NCBI GenBank assembly: GCA_000934665.2
Contig: JYFJ02004021.1
Coordinates: forward strand, 1-35,590
Length of the DNA: 35,590 nucleotides
From: Catajapyx aquilonaris
Taxonomy: Eukaryota
Direction: 5' to 3'
Notes under the pieces: generated by a model
What the model was told of the DNA's origin: nothing
What the model saw: only the letters and a program-made list of their open reading frames with translations
Databases searched by the model: none
Position numbers and translations under genes: made by a program
Shown here: positions 1 through 12,085 of the stretch, piece by piece
Position numbering within the stretch: position 1 is the first letter of the stretch
Layout: every line of letters begins with the position of its first letter

Positions 1-1719
1 CTCTTAGAAACGAAAATGATTTCAACTGTACAAAAGTTCATTATAAAAGTTTTCAAAGCCACAGCTTGAAGCAACGTCGCTCATTTTCAAACAGTGTAAA
101 AAAGGGTATAGCCATAGAACCTCGTGCGTGGGGTGGAGGGGGTGGGTTATAGGGAAAATGTCTAGCGGGTGCTGCCTTTGCCCCCCTCCCCCCCCCCCTT
201 CCTCCCGAAACACCTTCCCTGAGGCCCCGCTGCATTAGGACCTGATTAGTAGGCGCGGGATGACAAATGCCCGGCAAGGTGGTGGCAATACTCGCTCATT
301 AATCTTCATTTCCGACGGCGAACTTAAATTAAACGACAGCGGGGGGATTCCCCGCCAAGTTAAAAAGGAATGTAGTACGTGGCGCCCACTAATTCCCATT
401 CAAAGGATCCTTGTCATAGTTGCCAGCCAGGCACTGGCTCAGAATGGCCCAAGATGAGCTCTGGCCCAGAGAAGCACATTATTATCTCAAGTCCACAGTG
501 TTATTGGGGGGAAGGGTGATATCGTGCCGGATGTAGGGAATCAATGGGTGAAATAATAACCTCCAGTCAGATGACAAGTTCGGGGGGGGGGGGGGNGGGG
601 GGGATGGTGTGAACGTAATTATTGAAAGGGAGAGACAGGGCAATTTGTTTCCACGGGGAGAATCGATGCGGGTTGTATCTGGTCCAAAATTTTCAGAGGT
701 GTCATTTTCCATAGGTTGGCTCATTACTTATGAAGTTAGTTGATGGGCAGGGCTGAATAAGCAGAGTAGAATAATATTAAGCGGAATTTACGAGCGGTGT
801 TGGCACTTGGTGGGTAGGATAGCGTATTAAAATAAACATAGAAATCCCAGATGGTACTCGTTATAGTAGGCCGCATAAAAATCATTAGTGGCCGAATCTC
901 TCTTCTGCTCCAGTTATCCTAAATATCCGCCATGGTCAACCACTACGAAAATCAATGCTGCTGTAATGAGCTAAATACTGCTTACTGAATCGGAAAATGT
1001 ATGTACCATACTCCGAACACCTCCGCAACATCAACCAACCTGGTCATCAATTAATTAAAATTATACAAGCGGTCCCGCTCTGAACGCAGTACTGGTGCCA
1101 TTATATTGATTTTGGAACAAAAGTAGTTAGCTAACATGGAGGCCACTTTTGTCACTACTGAAGACACTAAGCCACTCGGTAACAATAATAAAATGTCAAC
1201 CAACAACACCCACCGCATTGTTATTTGTGTTTCATTAGTGGGGGCCGCAGTTTGCAATGGAAAGCCACCCTTCCGTAACCGAGGACCAATTCAGGTACCA
1301 GTAACAATCTGCATATAGATTGCAGTAATTAGTTTTTGCGACCTTTAGCATAATTTTAATGCGGAGATTTTATTGCCCTGATAACGCGTGTACCTTACTG
1401 CACATAAATGCAAATATAAGTGCAGTACGTTCAAGAACCTTTGTAAATATGCCGCGCTCAGAAGGTTGTAGATTTCAAAAGAATACCGAAAGCCTGGAGT
1501 TCACAGAGGCAAACACTCTTATATTGCTTTTTATGTTACTAACGTGGCCTTTTATCAACGTACGAAATGTAATATTCTGCCGAGTAATTTATAGGATATC
1601 TCTATTGACTCTGCTTGTTGGCACAAAACAAACAGAAACTGTGCGCTTGCCAATAAGGAACAAGAACTACAATCGGTCAGGCTTAATTGGCTCATTTGAC
1701 TTGGGTGAGGTCAGCGGCA

Positions 1720-1990
1720 CATTTAGAGCTGCCAGGATACAAAACAAGTCAGTAATGCAGAACACGAGAAACAGTGTTAGAGTCGGAGTTACCGAGAACT
1801 GTGGTCCAATATTTGCTCTCTCTCCGGGCCTTGCCACAGGCCTGATCAATGCCCACGTGAGTCACTTTAGTCGACTTGCAGGTCGGTTACCGAGGTTCGC
1901 AGGCTGTTATCATCCAGTTCATGCACTGCTGACCTCCAGGCCATTCTACTTTGAATTCTTGCCACTGTACTGGCCCGGAAACTAAGGCAT
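1720..1990 (-). mobile_element. Possible highly degraded Ty3/Gypsy pol (integrase zinc-binding region) remnant
   Basis: Manual minus-strand translation gives ...KVTHVGIDQACGKARRESKYW...NTVSR/(frameshift)CSA. This resembles the HxGIxxxxxRARESxYWP...CxxC region of Gypsy integrases but is interrupted by stops and frameshifts. Confidence 0.3.
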
Positions 1991-3149
1991 GTTCTGGAGT
2001 TTGCACTGAGAGACTTACTATTTCCTGCACCTTTATTTTACCATTTTTGGAGACTATAGAAGTCAATGGTCGTGATTCATTTTAGCTATTTATTCAGCGT
2101 GTTTCAATTGAAGTGTCAGTTTTAGTTAGCAATTTTACGCATTAAGCTGCTTCATGGATTATCAAAAGTATTAGCTGCCAACATTAGATGGAGTGGTGTA
2201 GTCTATCTACAGCCTTTGAGAGTATTGTGCAATGAATAGGTTCAACCATTAAATGGGTCACAATCTAAATTCAAGGGTGAACATCTCGGCTTAATATTAG
2301 CTGATGATATTTTGATCACTTCTGAAAGTAACTGCTTAAAGTAAGCATATAAGTGTGAAAATCTCAAACCAAAAAATCTGACATCGTAATTATTGGAACA
2401 TGACATGTGAAATGTTTCATTAACTATTGGTTTATATCTCATTTTAAGACTGACTAAAATCTTGTTTTCTGTTGGTGCACTAAATACCAACCATTTGTGA
2501 CCTCATTCACATTTGTGCAAAAAGTTGTACAAATATGTCGGCATTTCTATCATATATTTTGAGTACCGCTTACACCTATATAAAGTTAGGTATGCTTGCA
2601 AAGTCGTATACACCAAATCTAATTGGGAAAATATGTGTAAAATTTGTTTCTGGGCCACATCTGGCAGTGGGGATACATGTCAAGAAGAAACCGCAACAAC
2701 ATTCAACATGTCATTTCATTTTCACCTGTTTGAATAGTTACATGTAACTTTTGTACACCGTCATAAAGGCTACAGGTTTTTTTGTGGCACGAAACCATTT
2801 CAATTTTGTAAAGCAGATAAATCACAGACAATGTAGTTTCATGTCGCTTTTAATACGCCATTTCTGGCATTTTTCATAAACGTTTGTAATATTCAAACAT
2901 ACACCCTTTTTTTAAACGCAACAGTCAGAATTACCGCAAAACATTGTTTTTGTGGAAGACTCTTAATGGAAGCGATTTTTTTCCCCTGCATGTGAAAAGC
3001 ACAATTTCGTCACCGCGCTTGAATGACACAGGTTTGAGCGAGTAAAATTGGTCAGATGACAGCTCTATCGCTCGCCTTCAACCCTCCCATCTCTCTATGT
3101 GAAAAAGTGAGGTTCATAAAAACGCAGACACCTATATGAGCCGCACGTC

Positions 3150-3880
3150 AGGCAATGGCCTCATATGTGGTTTTTTGGAACCCCCCCGTTCGACGTCCAT
3201 TGAGCGGGCCGTTCACAGTCACTGGTGTCGGACCACATTCAAACTACATCAAGCACTCGCAAGTAGACAATGAAGGCGTCCAAGAAAGGGTCCTGCAACG
3301 ACACTTCAGGGTATACCCTTGTGAGATCTGTCTAGGTCATCTCCTATTCCTACAGAGTCACTCCAATAATACGTAGGTTACTAACAACCTATTAGACTAG
3401 CCTCATCTCCGGCTGTCTCACGACTGCTACAACAGCCTCCCCCTAGGTCCACCACCAGACACTCCCGCCATCTACACACCATTAGGCAGATTCATTGATT
3501 TCGATGCAACCTGTACAGTGTTGGACATTAATCGCGTCATACTGCTAGCGACATTTTCCGATGCGGCAGACGTGCAAATCGACGTGCGATAGAGTGCGAG
3601 CCGTGCGAATCAGAAGAGGTAGGCCTTGGGTGACGTCGTCACCAGCTGGGGGGCAAATCGGCAATGGAGAAAAAGGCTTGTCCCCAGCCGGTGACGTCAC
3701 CCAAGGCCTACCATTTCTTTCTCGCATGGCTCGCACTATATCACTTCGATTTGCACGTCTGCCGCATCAGAAAATGTCGCTAGCAGTATGACGCGATTAA
3801 TGTCCAACACTGTACTCCACCCTGACGTCCTTCGGTCCCTTAAGCACAGCTACGCCTTCCTCACTGCCAGATTGATGAAG
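3150..3880 (+). mobile_element. Degraded 3' end of a non-LTR retrotransposon (CR1/L2-like ORF2 C-terminus), interrupted by a MITE
   Basis: The fragments ASYVVFWNP, EGVQERVLQR, CEICLGHL, SRHLHTIR..FRC and (after the MITE) RSLKHSYAFLTARLM resemble the YxxxVWxP / ExVQxRxxR / RxxxSFxxxxxRLxN tail of LINE ORF2 proteins. Multiple frameshifts are present. Confidence 0.4.
3516..3812. mobile_element. Tc1/mariner-type palindromic MITE, family A copy 1 (297 bp)
   Basis: Ends CAGTGTTGGACATTAATCGCGTCATACTGCTAGCGACATTTTC... and its reverse complement. Inverted arms exceed 130 bp. Flanked by TA on both sides (3514-3515, 3813-3814). Confidence 0.9.
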
Positions 3881-6800
3881 GATTTACAGAATAGGAATGT
3901 GTAACACAATAATCCGCAATCCTGCGTAGGTTATAAGCTCATCTGCAAGTAAAAGGATCGAAGAGGGTAATTCCGGGATAATTACAAACTTTGGCTAAGT
4001 AGCTTGATTTCCTTTCTTGCAAGGCTTATAAATAGAAGCTGAGAGTGTAGGAGGGAGGAGGAGGAGGGTGCAAGAGAGTCTACGATGCTGCTGCTTCCGA
4101 CTTCATTCTGGGCCTAACTTCATTTGGGCGGCTAGAAAGAGTTTCAGAACATCTTCCCGTAAACGGATGAAAACTAAATTATGGATTCTATCGCGGAGAA
4201 AAAAGTTGGACGCGCCTTTCGAGTTCCGCCGAGGAAATTTGCCCGACAATTCGCAAGCAGCCTGAGGCGCCGCCTAGTTTTGGGCGCCAAAAAGTGTCTA
4301 ACTCTTCCTCCCTCTTTGTTTAGGTATGAAGGCGAGAGGTGCATCGATACAGGCCAATTTCGTGCCTTCCCTTCAAATTCCTTCTAATCGTAACGGCTTA
4401 TCGAAAATAAATTGTGCGATTTATTTGGAGTAAACGGGGAGCCAGATTCCCTGGAGGGGATATAGGAACGAGGGGGTGCTCTTGCTTGTTTCTCCCTCCC
4501 CAAAACCCCTGCCGCCTTCCGCCCCACGACCCGGATTTTCCGCTCAGAGATCGCAGAGATCGACCTGCCAACCAGCTAGGACAACCAGCAAGGAACGAGT
4601 CGAGGCCCTTCTCCGTCTCACTTTGCCCAGGGCAAAGGCGTCCTCCGCACTAACAAATCCGATCAGGTGCAGCTACTTGCATTCACTGGGACCCCTGCTG
4701 GCCCTCGAGCATCTTTGTACACAAGTAGTGTATACCCGCTGCATTTTGCACCAGAAGCCAACTTTGCATTGTGCGCTGCAACACTGCTGGCTGCCTACAA
4801 GCTAACTCCAACTCATTTGCCGAATAAACTGTTCAACGTTGGTTGCATGCATAATTTTGGCTATATTATGAAAATAAATTCCAACTAGCAACAAACGAGG
4901 ACATAAATGTAGCCTTGCTTTTTTGCATAATCAGTTGCCTATCTAGCCGAGAAAGAGTTCGGATAGTATACATGAAAGAGTCTTCATTAATATAGGCTGT
5001 TGGAAAAATGTTGGCACTTCCTCTCGGAATTGGGATATTCCAAGAAAATGCCTTAGTTGCTTTGGCAATTTTGGCTCCATTGAGGAGATAATAGACAGTT
5101 TGGAATTTATTACGTGAGTCAGCTATAAGGAACGTCCTATGGGCTACATCTAACATACATTCATACATAGATTACGACATTTTCCTATAAGGGGTCGTCC
5201 GTCATAGCACCTAAGGCCAACTGCATTGTACAAGCAATTTTTTTTCCCCAAAATATATATTTTGATGAAATTATCTTCCTGCCAGTAGTGAAAATACAAT
5301 AGTTACGCTATTGCAGTAGATGGAAATCCTGTCATAGCAATCAAATGAAATGCCCAATACTATTGGAAAGAGTGGAAATTATAATGATTTTCAAACTGCC
5401 CGCAAACACATTTCCCGATAACAAAACAGATGCTCGTTTTAGCCGTTAAAATTAATTAGGCCATTATTACCCTACCGAAGTTGGATTCTAACAAAAAAAT
5501 ATATATTATCGACACCCTGTGTACTGACCTCTGCAGCGAGCGTGCCGAAATATTTTCTCCGCTCCGTACTTGTACGATCCTGAAAAGCAGCAGGAATCGT
5601 TATTTTTTATCTCCATTGCTGCTCTGTCTCTCTGCAGCGCTCATAAAGACTTGCAAGGCAGTGCAAATAAATTCGCAAGCACAATATTGACCTAGAGACC
5701 GGACGCTCGCCTTGAAGTGAGTAGCTGGAAACATGATTTATGCAGAAATGCTAATTTTGAACTGCGAAAGAGGGCTCGTATCCAGGGGTCGCGTAAAAGG
5801 GGAGGGCAGGAGGGGGTAAGGGGGCATGTATCCTCTTGCATAGTGCTGGCTGGGTAGAACTGTATAGAGGAAGGTAGGCATAGGTAGGCTCTAGTGCGAA
5901 GCTGCTGCAGGGCTCTCTTCCTTAATCTACGTTCCATGTTACGTTATTCGTACGGCTCCCCAGAGTCAAATGCAAACCCGACCTTTATAGTCCATAATAA
6001 CAGCCCTGCGCAATAATGAGAAATCTACAGGACGAATTTGAATGCGCCTGCTGAAGCTTTATGCACAGTAAAGACAGAGGGAGGAATTCATCTCCTTTCA
6101 ACTCCTCTCTCCACTTATTCCCATGTCTCCTTCCTGGCTACATCAGCTTGTAGTCCAGCAATGGTCAGAGAGAGCTCGGTCTGCATGTACCACGCTGGAT
6201 GTATTCCACAGTGAGAAAAATTTATACATGCGCCTATTCATTAGAGCAGAGAATAATTACAAAAGCAGGGTGGGAATTTTTAACATATAGCAAATATTGC
6301 TAATGAAGTTAACGGGCTCTACTGTCTCTCTGTACATATTTGATTTTCAACGAGATACAGATTACTTTTGATAGTGTAAGGACGTGATAATGGTGCGTAT
6401 GTAGTGCTCAGAAAACAATTTCCATTTTCCGCCGTTGGATGGCGAAGCAATTAGGAAGCAAGTCATGCAGAGTACAGAATTAAATGTAGGCGAAACCCCA
6501 AGCCGATAACCGATCCCTTCCATTTTTTTCCATCTCTGCTTCTGTGCTGCTGAGTCGATCCCGACCGTTTAGTACGCGGTTTGGAATCTATCGGACTGCA
6601 AATGCCGAGTAATGGGATTTCTTCCCCTTCCCAAGACTAATAAGATTCCGATGCAAAAGAACATCGAGTTGGCAGCCAAGATTAAAGCATATCAGCTGGC
6701 CCCGATTGTGGGAATTGGCAAGGAACCAGAACCTTAAACCAGAAGTTTTGGCGGAATGCTGCTATCGCATAAATCCAGTCATTCTTTTACATCACGACCA

Positions 6801-7795
6801 CAAATATGTTGGGACTATCTTGTCAAGTTTCGGTTGCAATCGCCTGAAGAGCAGGGGACGTTTACATGCCATGACCTCCTATTTGTTATTCATCCTGGCC
6901 GCTATGCAACCAAAGAGCTTCAATTGGCTGACAGAATGCCCGCTTCTCAGGGGCAAACTCTGGACTTGTGTCTGCTGAAAGATAGGCCTGTGTCCGCTGA
7001 ATATCCGCTGTGTATCCGCCGGGAAGGAAAGTTAGGTCATGGGTTATGCTGGTACAACGTACCCCTATCCCTGCCAAATTCGGTCAGCCGATATGAAAGT
7101 CCTTTCCACACAACCTACGCACTATTTATCTGGCCTAAGCAGGTCCCGGAATCAATTGCCATAAAGCTATCAAATAGGGGCTTTATAGGCTTGTAAGAAA
7201 CAGACGAATCACGTCGGCGATATATCGGCCATTAGCCCAACCTCCCCAGCATGCTTACCATTAGGCCCTACGTATAAAGATAGTTTAAGTGCGTAAAATT
7301 ACCCAAAAGCGCACTTTACTACCACATCTCCCACTTTACACATCCCCAGCGAGATAACCATTTCCTAGTTAATGCGCACATTCCCGCAATAACAAATCTA
7401 AAATGCACCATGCGGTGCCTTATCCTACACCGCCCCACTCGCCTAACCCACCCCCCTCACCCCCTCTCCTCCCTCGCCCTTTCTCCGCCCCCTCATCTTA
7501 TACGGACCCATGGTGCTGGGGCCTTTATCGGTGAACAAAATGTGTGGGCAATATGTTGCTTCGACTTACAGCCACGCATTTTATGCGTTACGTGCTTTGG
7601 ATTTCGACGTCATTTCGCGCTTCATGCGACGCTGCGACGTTTGCAGAATGGCCAAAGCCTGGAGTCGTATGCAGTGTTAGGAAAGTATGGAGACAATTAT
7701 TACAGAGGCACATTGGTGATAGAAAATTATATTGGTTTTTTGGTAGGCAGGAAATATTAGTGTAGGTTCCTAGCAGATAGTAAGTGTCCCTTGAA

Positions 7796-8080
7796 GGAAG
7801 GAGTACGGTTGAGAGGCATCGCGGAAGGCGGGAGGGTGAGTAGTGGCCGGGGGAAGTGGCTGTGTCACAAACGCAAGGCTGCAAGTATCGATTTTTTTTT
7901 TCGTAATGACAGACCGAATGTGGCAGGGGAAAGGGTATGCTGTACCAACCTAACCTAACCTTCCTTCCTTGCGGATACAGACCTATCTTCAGCGGATACA
8001 CGCATATCCTTCAGCATGCCTGCTACGTGTTTGAGACGCAGTCACTGCCCCCAGCCACCAACAACCCCCGGTGGTGGCGT
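7796..8080 (+). mobile_element. Dispersed repeat family C copy 1 (internal 23-bp inverted repeats, (TAACC)n core)
   Basis: Reverse-complement similarity over about 270 bp to 15575-15850. Inverted repeats at 7849-7871 and 8030-8052. AACCTAACCTAACC near 7947-7960. Confidence 0.8.
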
Positions 8081-8135
8081 GGTAACCTACTCTATCCACC
8101 GTGAATACTTGTCCGGTATTTTTGGAACCTTACCA

Positions 8136-8316
8136 TCAAACGGGGTGAAATTGTGCCAGCGCATTTTTTGGACATCAGTGCGCCCTACCGCGAATTTTAC
8201 TCGTCATCGCCTACCTTGACCATCCATCAATGTAGTGAAACATGACTAAATTCGACTCCTGCCAGTAGGGCGCATTGTTGTCCAAAAATGCGCAGGCCCA
8301 ATCTCACCCCGTTTGA
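8136..8316. repeat. Degenerate palindromic element (old MITE or foldback)
   Basis: TCAAACGGGGTGAAATTGTGCCAGCGCATTTTTTGGACATCAGTGCGCCCTAC (8136-8188) pairs with 8265-8316. Weaker pairing continues inward to a centre near 8222. True ends and TSD are unresolved. Confidence 0.75.
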
Positions 8317-10259
8317 CGAAATCTGTCAAAATCCAGGCTTAGGACACATTTTCGCATATAAAATATCTTTCCTGACCAAAAATTGGAATGGGTTGAATGA
8401 ACACAGACTTCCTTTCAACAGAGGTAACCTAACATTAACTTCCTTGCACGTAAACCCCCCCCCCCCCCCACTTCCTGCCAGCCATCTACTGCTATCACTT
8501 TCTAGTCACTCCACCGGCATATTCCAACCAGCAAGTAGGGGCCGAGAAAGTGGAATTGGCCGTCTATATTACGGCGTCATCTAGCTCGTTAGTCGGCCGT
8601 ATATATCCAGTAAGAGCGCAAGTGAGTCCGGGAGGGATTATGTGGGTTCAATAGCTAGAGAACCTGTAGGACATTGAATAACCAGGTTGTAGACGATGGT
8701 GGAAGGGGGGCACACCAAAATGATGAGCGTCGTCTGGGCCGGATAATTGGTGGGCGCGAGTCCGCCCAAGAGGAAAAGAAGGTGGTTGGCAAGCAAGCAA
8801 GACAAAGTGGATAGCGGAAGAAGATCGTGCTGTGGATGAAGATGGAGGTAGGGGGGCAGGGTCGATGATGAGGGTCCAGGCAGGCCCGGGTCATTGATGG
8901 CGGCAAATGATTCATCCAGTAGCTGGAGCATCAGTGTTACGAGCCTTGTCGCAATAAGGCTGTGCCGCAGGAGTCGTGTTATTGTCCAATAACGGGCCCT
9001 CGTCCATTTCACACGCAACGCTGGTGATTTAAAGTTACGGCCGCCAACGGAATGGGCAACTCTGAGCAGCTCCATGGCCCCTCCCCCGTTAAGACAAGAA
9101 GAGTAAGCTGCCCGACACTTTTAACCTCGGCCCAAGCTAACGTCAAAATTACAATTGCGTGCCACTCCTCTCTCTCTACTCTTCCAGCCACCTCTTCGTC
9201 TCTTCGCCCACTTTCAAACTTGATGAGCTCCTAACTCCATTAAACTTTGCCATAAACCTACGACTTGCCTTTCTAATATCATCCAGGTACACTCGCTCTC
9301 CGGTTCTAATTAGAGCTTTATTGGCAGGGGCCTTCAAAGAGGATGGCAAGTGCGGCGCAAAAGTGTGCACAATCATGTCGAAAAAGGCGACGGAGACATC
9401 TTGACACATGTCCGCTGGCAGTTCATGCCAATCGGGTGCAGGTGTGCCAATATTCTCATTTTGGGGGAAAAAGAGATGGAGGGGTGAGCTGCAGTCGTGC
9501 GATTTTTCTGCGATTTCCAGGGGGGTAAAAAATAGGTGGCGTGGGTTCAAAGAGCGAATATTGTGATGACTGCTCCCCGTACTGGCAACGAAACGGAAAA
9601 CCAGTGCAGAATTTCAAAAGGCATTCCGAATTCGATCAACGGAATGCAGACGCTTTACACAAGTGAGCTGGCCCTAAAGGTGCGCATATTTTATCGACCC
9701 TGGACCAAATTGTCCCATGCTATTCATGCGCTTATTCTGTTCATTGTTTGTTTAAAGTAACGCACCTTTTTGAGCTCTAAGGGAACCTATTGACGTGATT
9801 TTGAGGTAGGAAAAAGTGGTTGCTTTATAATCAGGGACTGATAAACATTTCATTAAGTCCACACAACATACTGTAGAAAAATACACAGTATAATAATTTC
9901 ACGACCAAGTTCATTGGCCTGTATCTGTTATTGCTTGTCCCATATGTTTTTTTAATTAGGTGGGTTCCATATTGGATACACAGGATGGGTGGTGAATTTG
10001 CAATTTATTCACACCCGAACCGTAAATAAGTAAGGTTGACGCACTTCCTATAGTGCGTGCATTGCCCTATAACTATAGGAGCTACTGTTGCAACATGGTG
10101 GTTGGCTTTATTATTACTCACTTACTGTGTGTGCACAGCATGTAATTATAAAAGCAGAAAAGAGCCATGTTAGAAAAGGAAAAAGAGAATCTAAAATGCA
10201 AATAGTAGTCATATGCAAAATTCTTCTTGTGTGTTGCATGACCCTCCACTTTACAACTT

Positions 10260-10853
10260 ACAAGGGAAGTGTAAGTGTTGTCAGTGGAGTTTCTGAATGC
10301 AACTTGGCGCAATAATATAGGCAGGTAAGTTATTAAAGAAAATGCAAACAATTTAGGCGGATGCCCACAAGGTCAAAAGTTATGACCTCTCGAACTCACA
10401 AGGGACACTTTCCAAGTCTCACCGATTTTCCTGAAATTCGGTACATTGATAGGCCACCCCAATAAGGGATGAAAAACGCACCTAAAGTGACCTGCTCAAA
10501 ATGACCTGGTGACCCGTGTTTGGGGGGGCAGAGGTCAAGTCTTAAATGCCGAAAACTCATCCATTTTCTTGAAATTCGGTTCATTGATAGCTCCCAAAAA
10601 GGGGTAACAGGGTCATTTTGAGCAGGTTACTTTAGGTGCGTTTTGCATCCCTTGGGGTGGGCTACCAATGTACCGAATTTCAAGAAAATGGGTGACCTTG
10701 GAAAGTGTCCCTTGTGAGTTCGAGAAGTCATAACTTTTGACCTTGTGGGCATTCACCTAAATTGTTTGCATTTTCTTTAATAACTTACCTGCCCATATTA
10801 TTGTGCCTAGTTGCATTCAGAAACTCCACTGACAACACTTACACTTCCCTTGT
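10260..10853. mobile_element. ~600-bp foldback element with ~265-bp inverted arms
   Basis: ACAAGGGAAGTGTAAGTGTTGTCAGTGGAGTTTCTGAATGCAACT... (10260 to ~10526) is mirrored at ~10591-10853. The mirrored ORFs 10118..10351(-) and 10762..10995(+) share an N-terminus for this reason. No clean TSD. Confidence 0.85.
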
Positions 10854-11411
10854 TAGTAACTGTCTCATATTTTTGAGTTCAAAATCTTCCCACACCGCAC
10901 CGGTTGTAGGCTACTCATATATTCCCTTTAGACTTGATTGTCTTTACAAATGCAATTTTTCCCTTCAGGCTGTGCACTCAAAGATCAAGTATTAATATTT
11001 GCATAATTCGCTGTCATATTCAGAAAATATATATGTTATTGGTAGGCTGTAGTCGTAACCTCAACTTAATGCCGAACCTTGTATGTTGTCTAGTATAATA
11101 ATTACAATATATGTTTCTGTAGCTGCGTAGTATTTGGTTAGTTTACATCATGAGGCTTCTCAAAGAGTAATAAATGATCGTGCGCAGCCCCAAAGTAGTG
11201 AGGTTAGGGGTAGGCTCAAAACTTTCAGGAACGTACAGTACTTCCAGCCTTGTAATAGTTTCACTTGGGTCAAGTTGTTCCAAAAGTGAGGCCGTATATT
11301 TGACCTACAAAAAATATGCTGGAACATCACTCGGTCACAAAACAATAACAATAAATCATTTACTTTGATATCTCTTCGTCATTATTGTATCTGGCACCTC
11401 ACTCCCGCGTA

Positions 11412-11674
11412 CAGTGTTGGACATTAATGGCGTCATACTGCTTGCGACATTTTCTGATGAGGCAGGGGTGCAAATCGAAGTTATATAGTGTGAGCCGTGC
11501 GAGTAAGAAGAGGTAGGCCTTGAGTGACGTCACAGGCTGGGGGGCAATGGAGGAAAGTCTTGCCACAGCCAGTGACGTCACCCATTTATTACTCGCACGG
11601 CTCCACTCTATCATTTCAATTTGCCGCATCGGAAAATGTCGCTAGCAGTATGACGAAATTAATGTCCAGCACTG
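11412..11674. mobile_element. Tc1/mariner-type palindromic MITE, family A copy 2 (263 bp)
   Basis: Same CAGTGTTGGACATTAAT termini and internal sequence as 3516-3812, with small deletions. TA flanks at 11410-11411 and 11675-11676. Confidence 0.9.
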
Positions 11675-11778
11675 TACATATCGGGATCTACCTGTGTAAA
11701 TGAACATGTGTGCCAGTTCATCACGTTGTACTCAGAAGATGACATCTTTGGTTCTTATATCTCACCTTTAAACTATTG

Positions 11779-12085
11779 TTTTTTTACACGCTTTATATTA
11801 GCTTCACTACGACGGATGTCTGTCCGCCCGCGTGCAGCGAGTTCGCCATTCCCCCACCATCTAGTAGTAGGTATTCACATTAGGCGTGAGTTCGCAACCT
11901 CAACGCCAGATAGCGGTAGTAGTCACGTGAGTTTGTGAGATCGCTACTTCCACACCATCATCGGGAGGTAGTCACGTGAATAGATGAGTTCGCAACCTCC
12001 ATACGCCAGACGGCGGAGTGACAGGCTCTCAGAATCGAATTCGCTATCTCATAAAGCGTGTCCTTAAAAATGGTTTAAAAAAAAG
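11779..12085 (+). mobile_element. Helentron-associated / DINE-1-like non-autonomous element with an internal 49-bp tandem array
   Basis: T-run, then an 11-bp subterminal inverted repeat ACACGCTTTAT (11786-11796) with partner ATAAAGCGTGT (12051-12061). A GTCTGTCC microsatellite-like patch follows, then units starting at 11839, 11888, 11937 and 11986. The right boundary is approximate. Confidence 0.65.

Noticed and set aside
582..604. Long G tracts (also near 26051-26065 and 31628) as functional G-quadruplexes
   Set aside because: They contain N calls, so lengths are unreliable, and homopolymer runs are ubiquitous in this window.
1359..1985. Longest ORF in the track (208 aa, + strand) as a gene
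   Set aside because: No recognisable domain or convincing splice context; it overlaps a possible antisense retroelement relic.
8557..8584. Hairpin plus CTAG as a Helitron 3' end
   Set aside because: It is followed by C rather than T, and I found no matching TC 5' end.
10088..10995. Duplicated small ORFs (MFAFSLITYLPILL...) as a gene pair
   Set aside because: They are by-products of the foldback arms.
11839..12020. 49-bp periodic repeats as a CRISPR array
   Set aside because: The units are similar along their whole length with no unique spacers, there are no cas genes, and the context is a eukaryotic TE.
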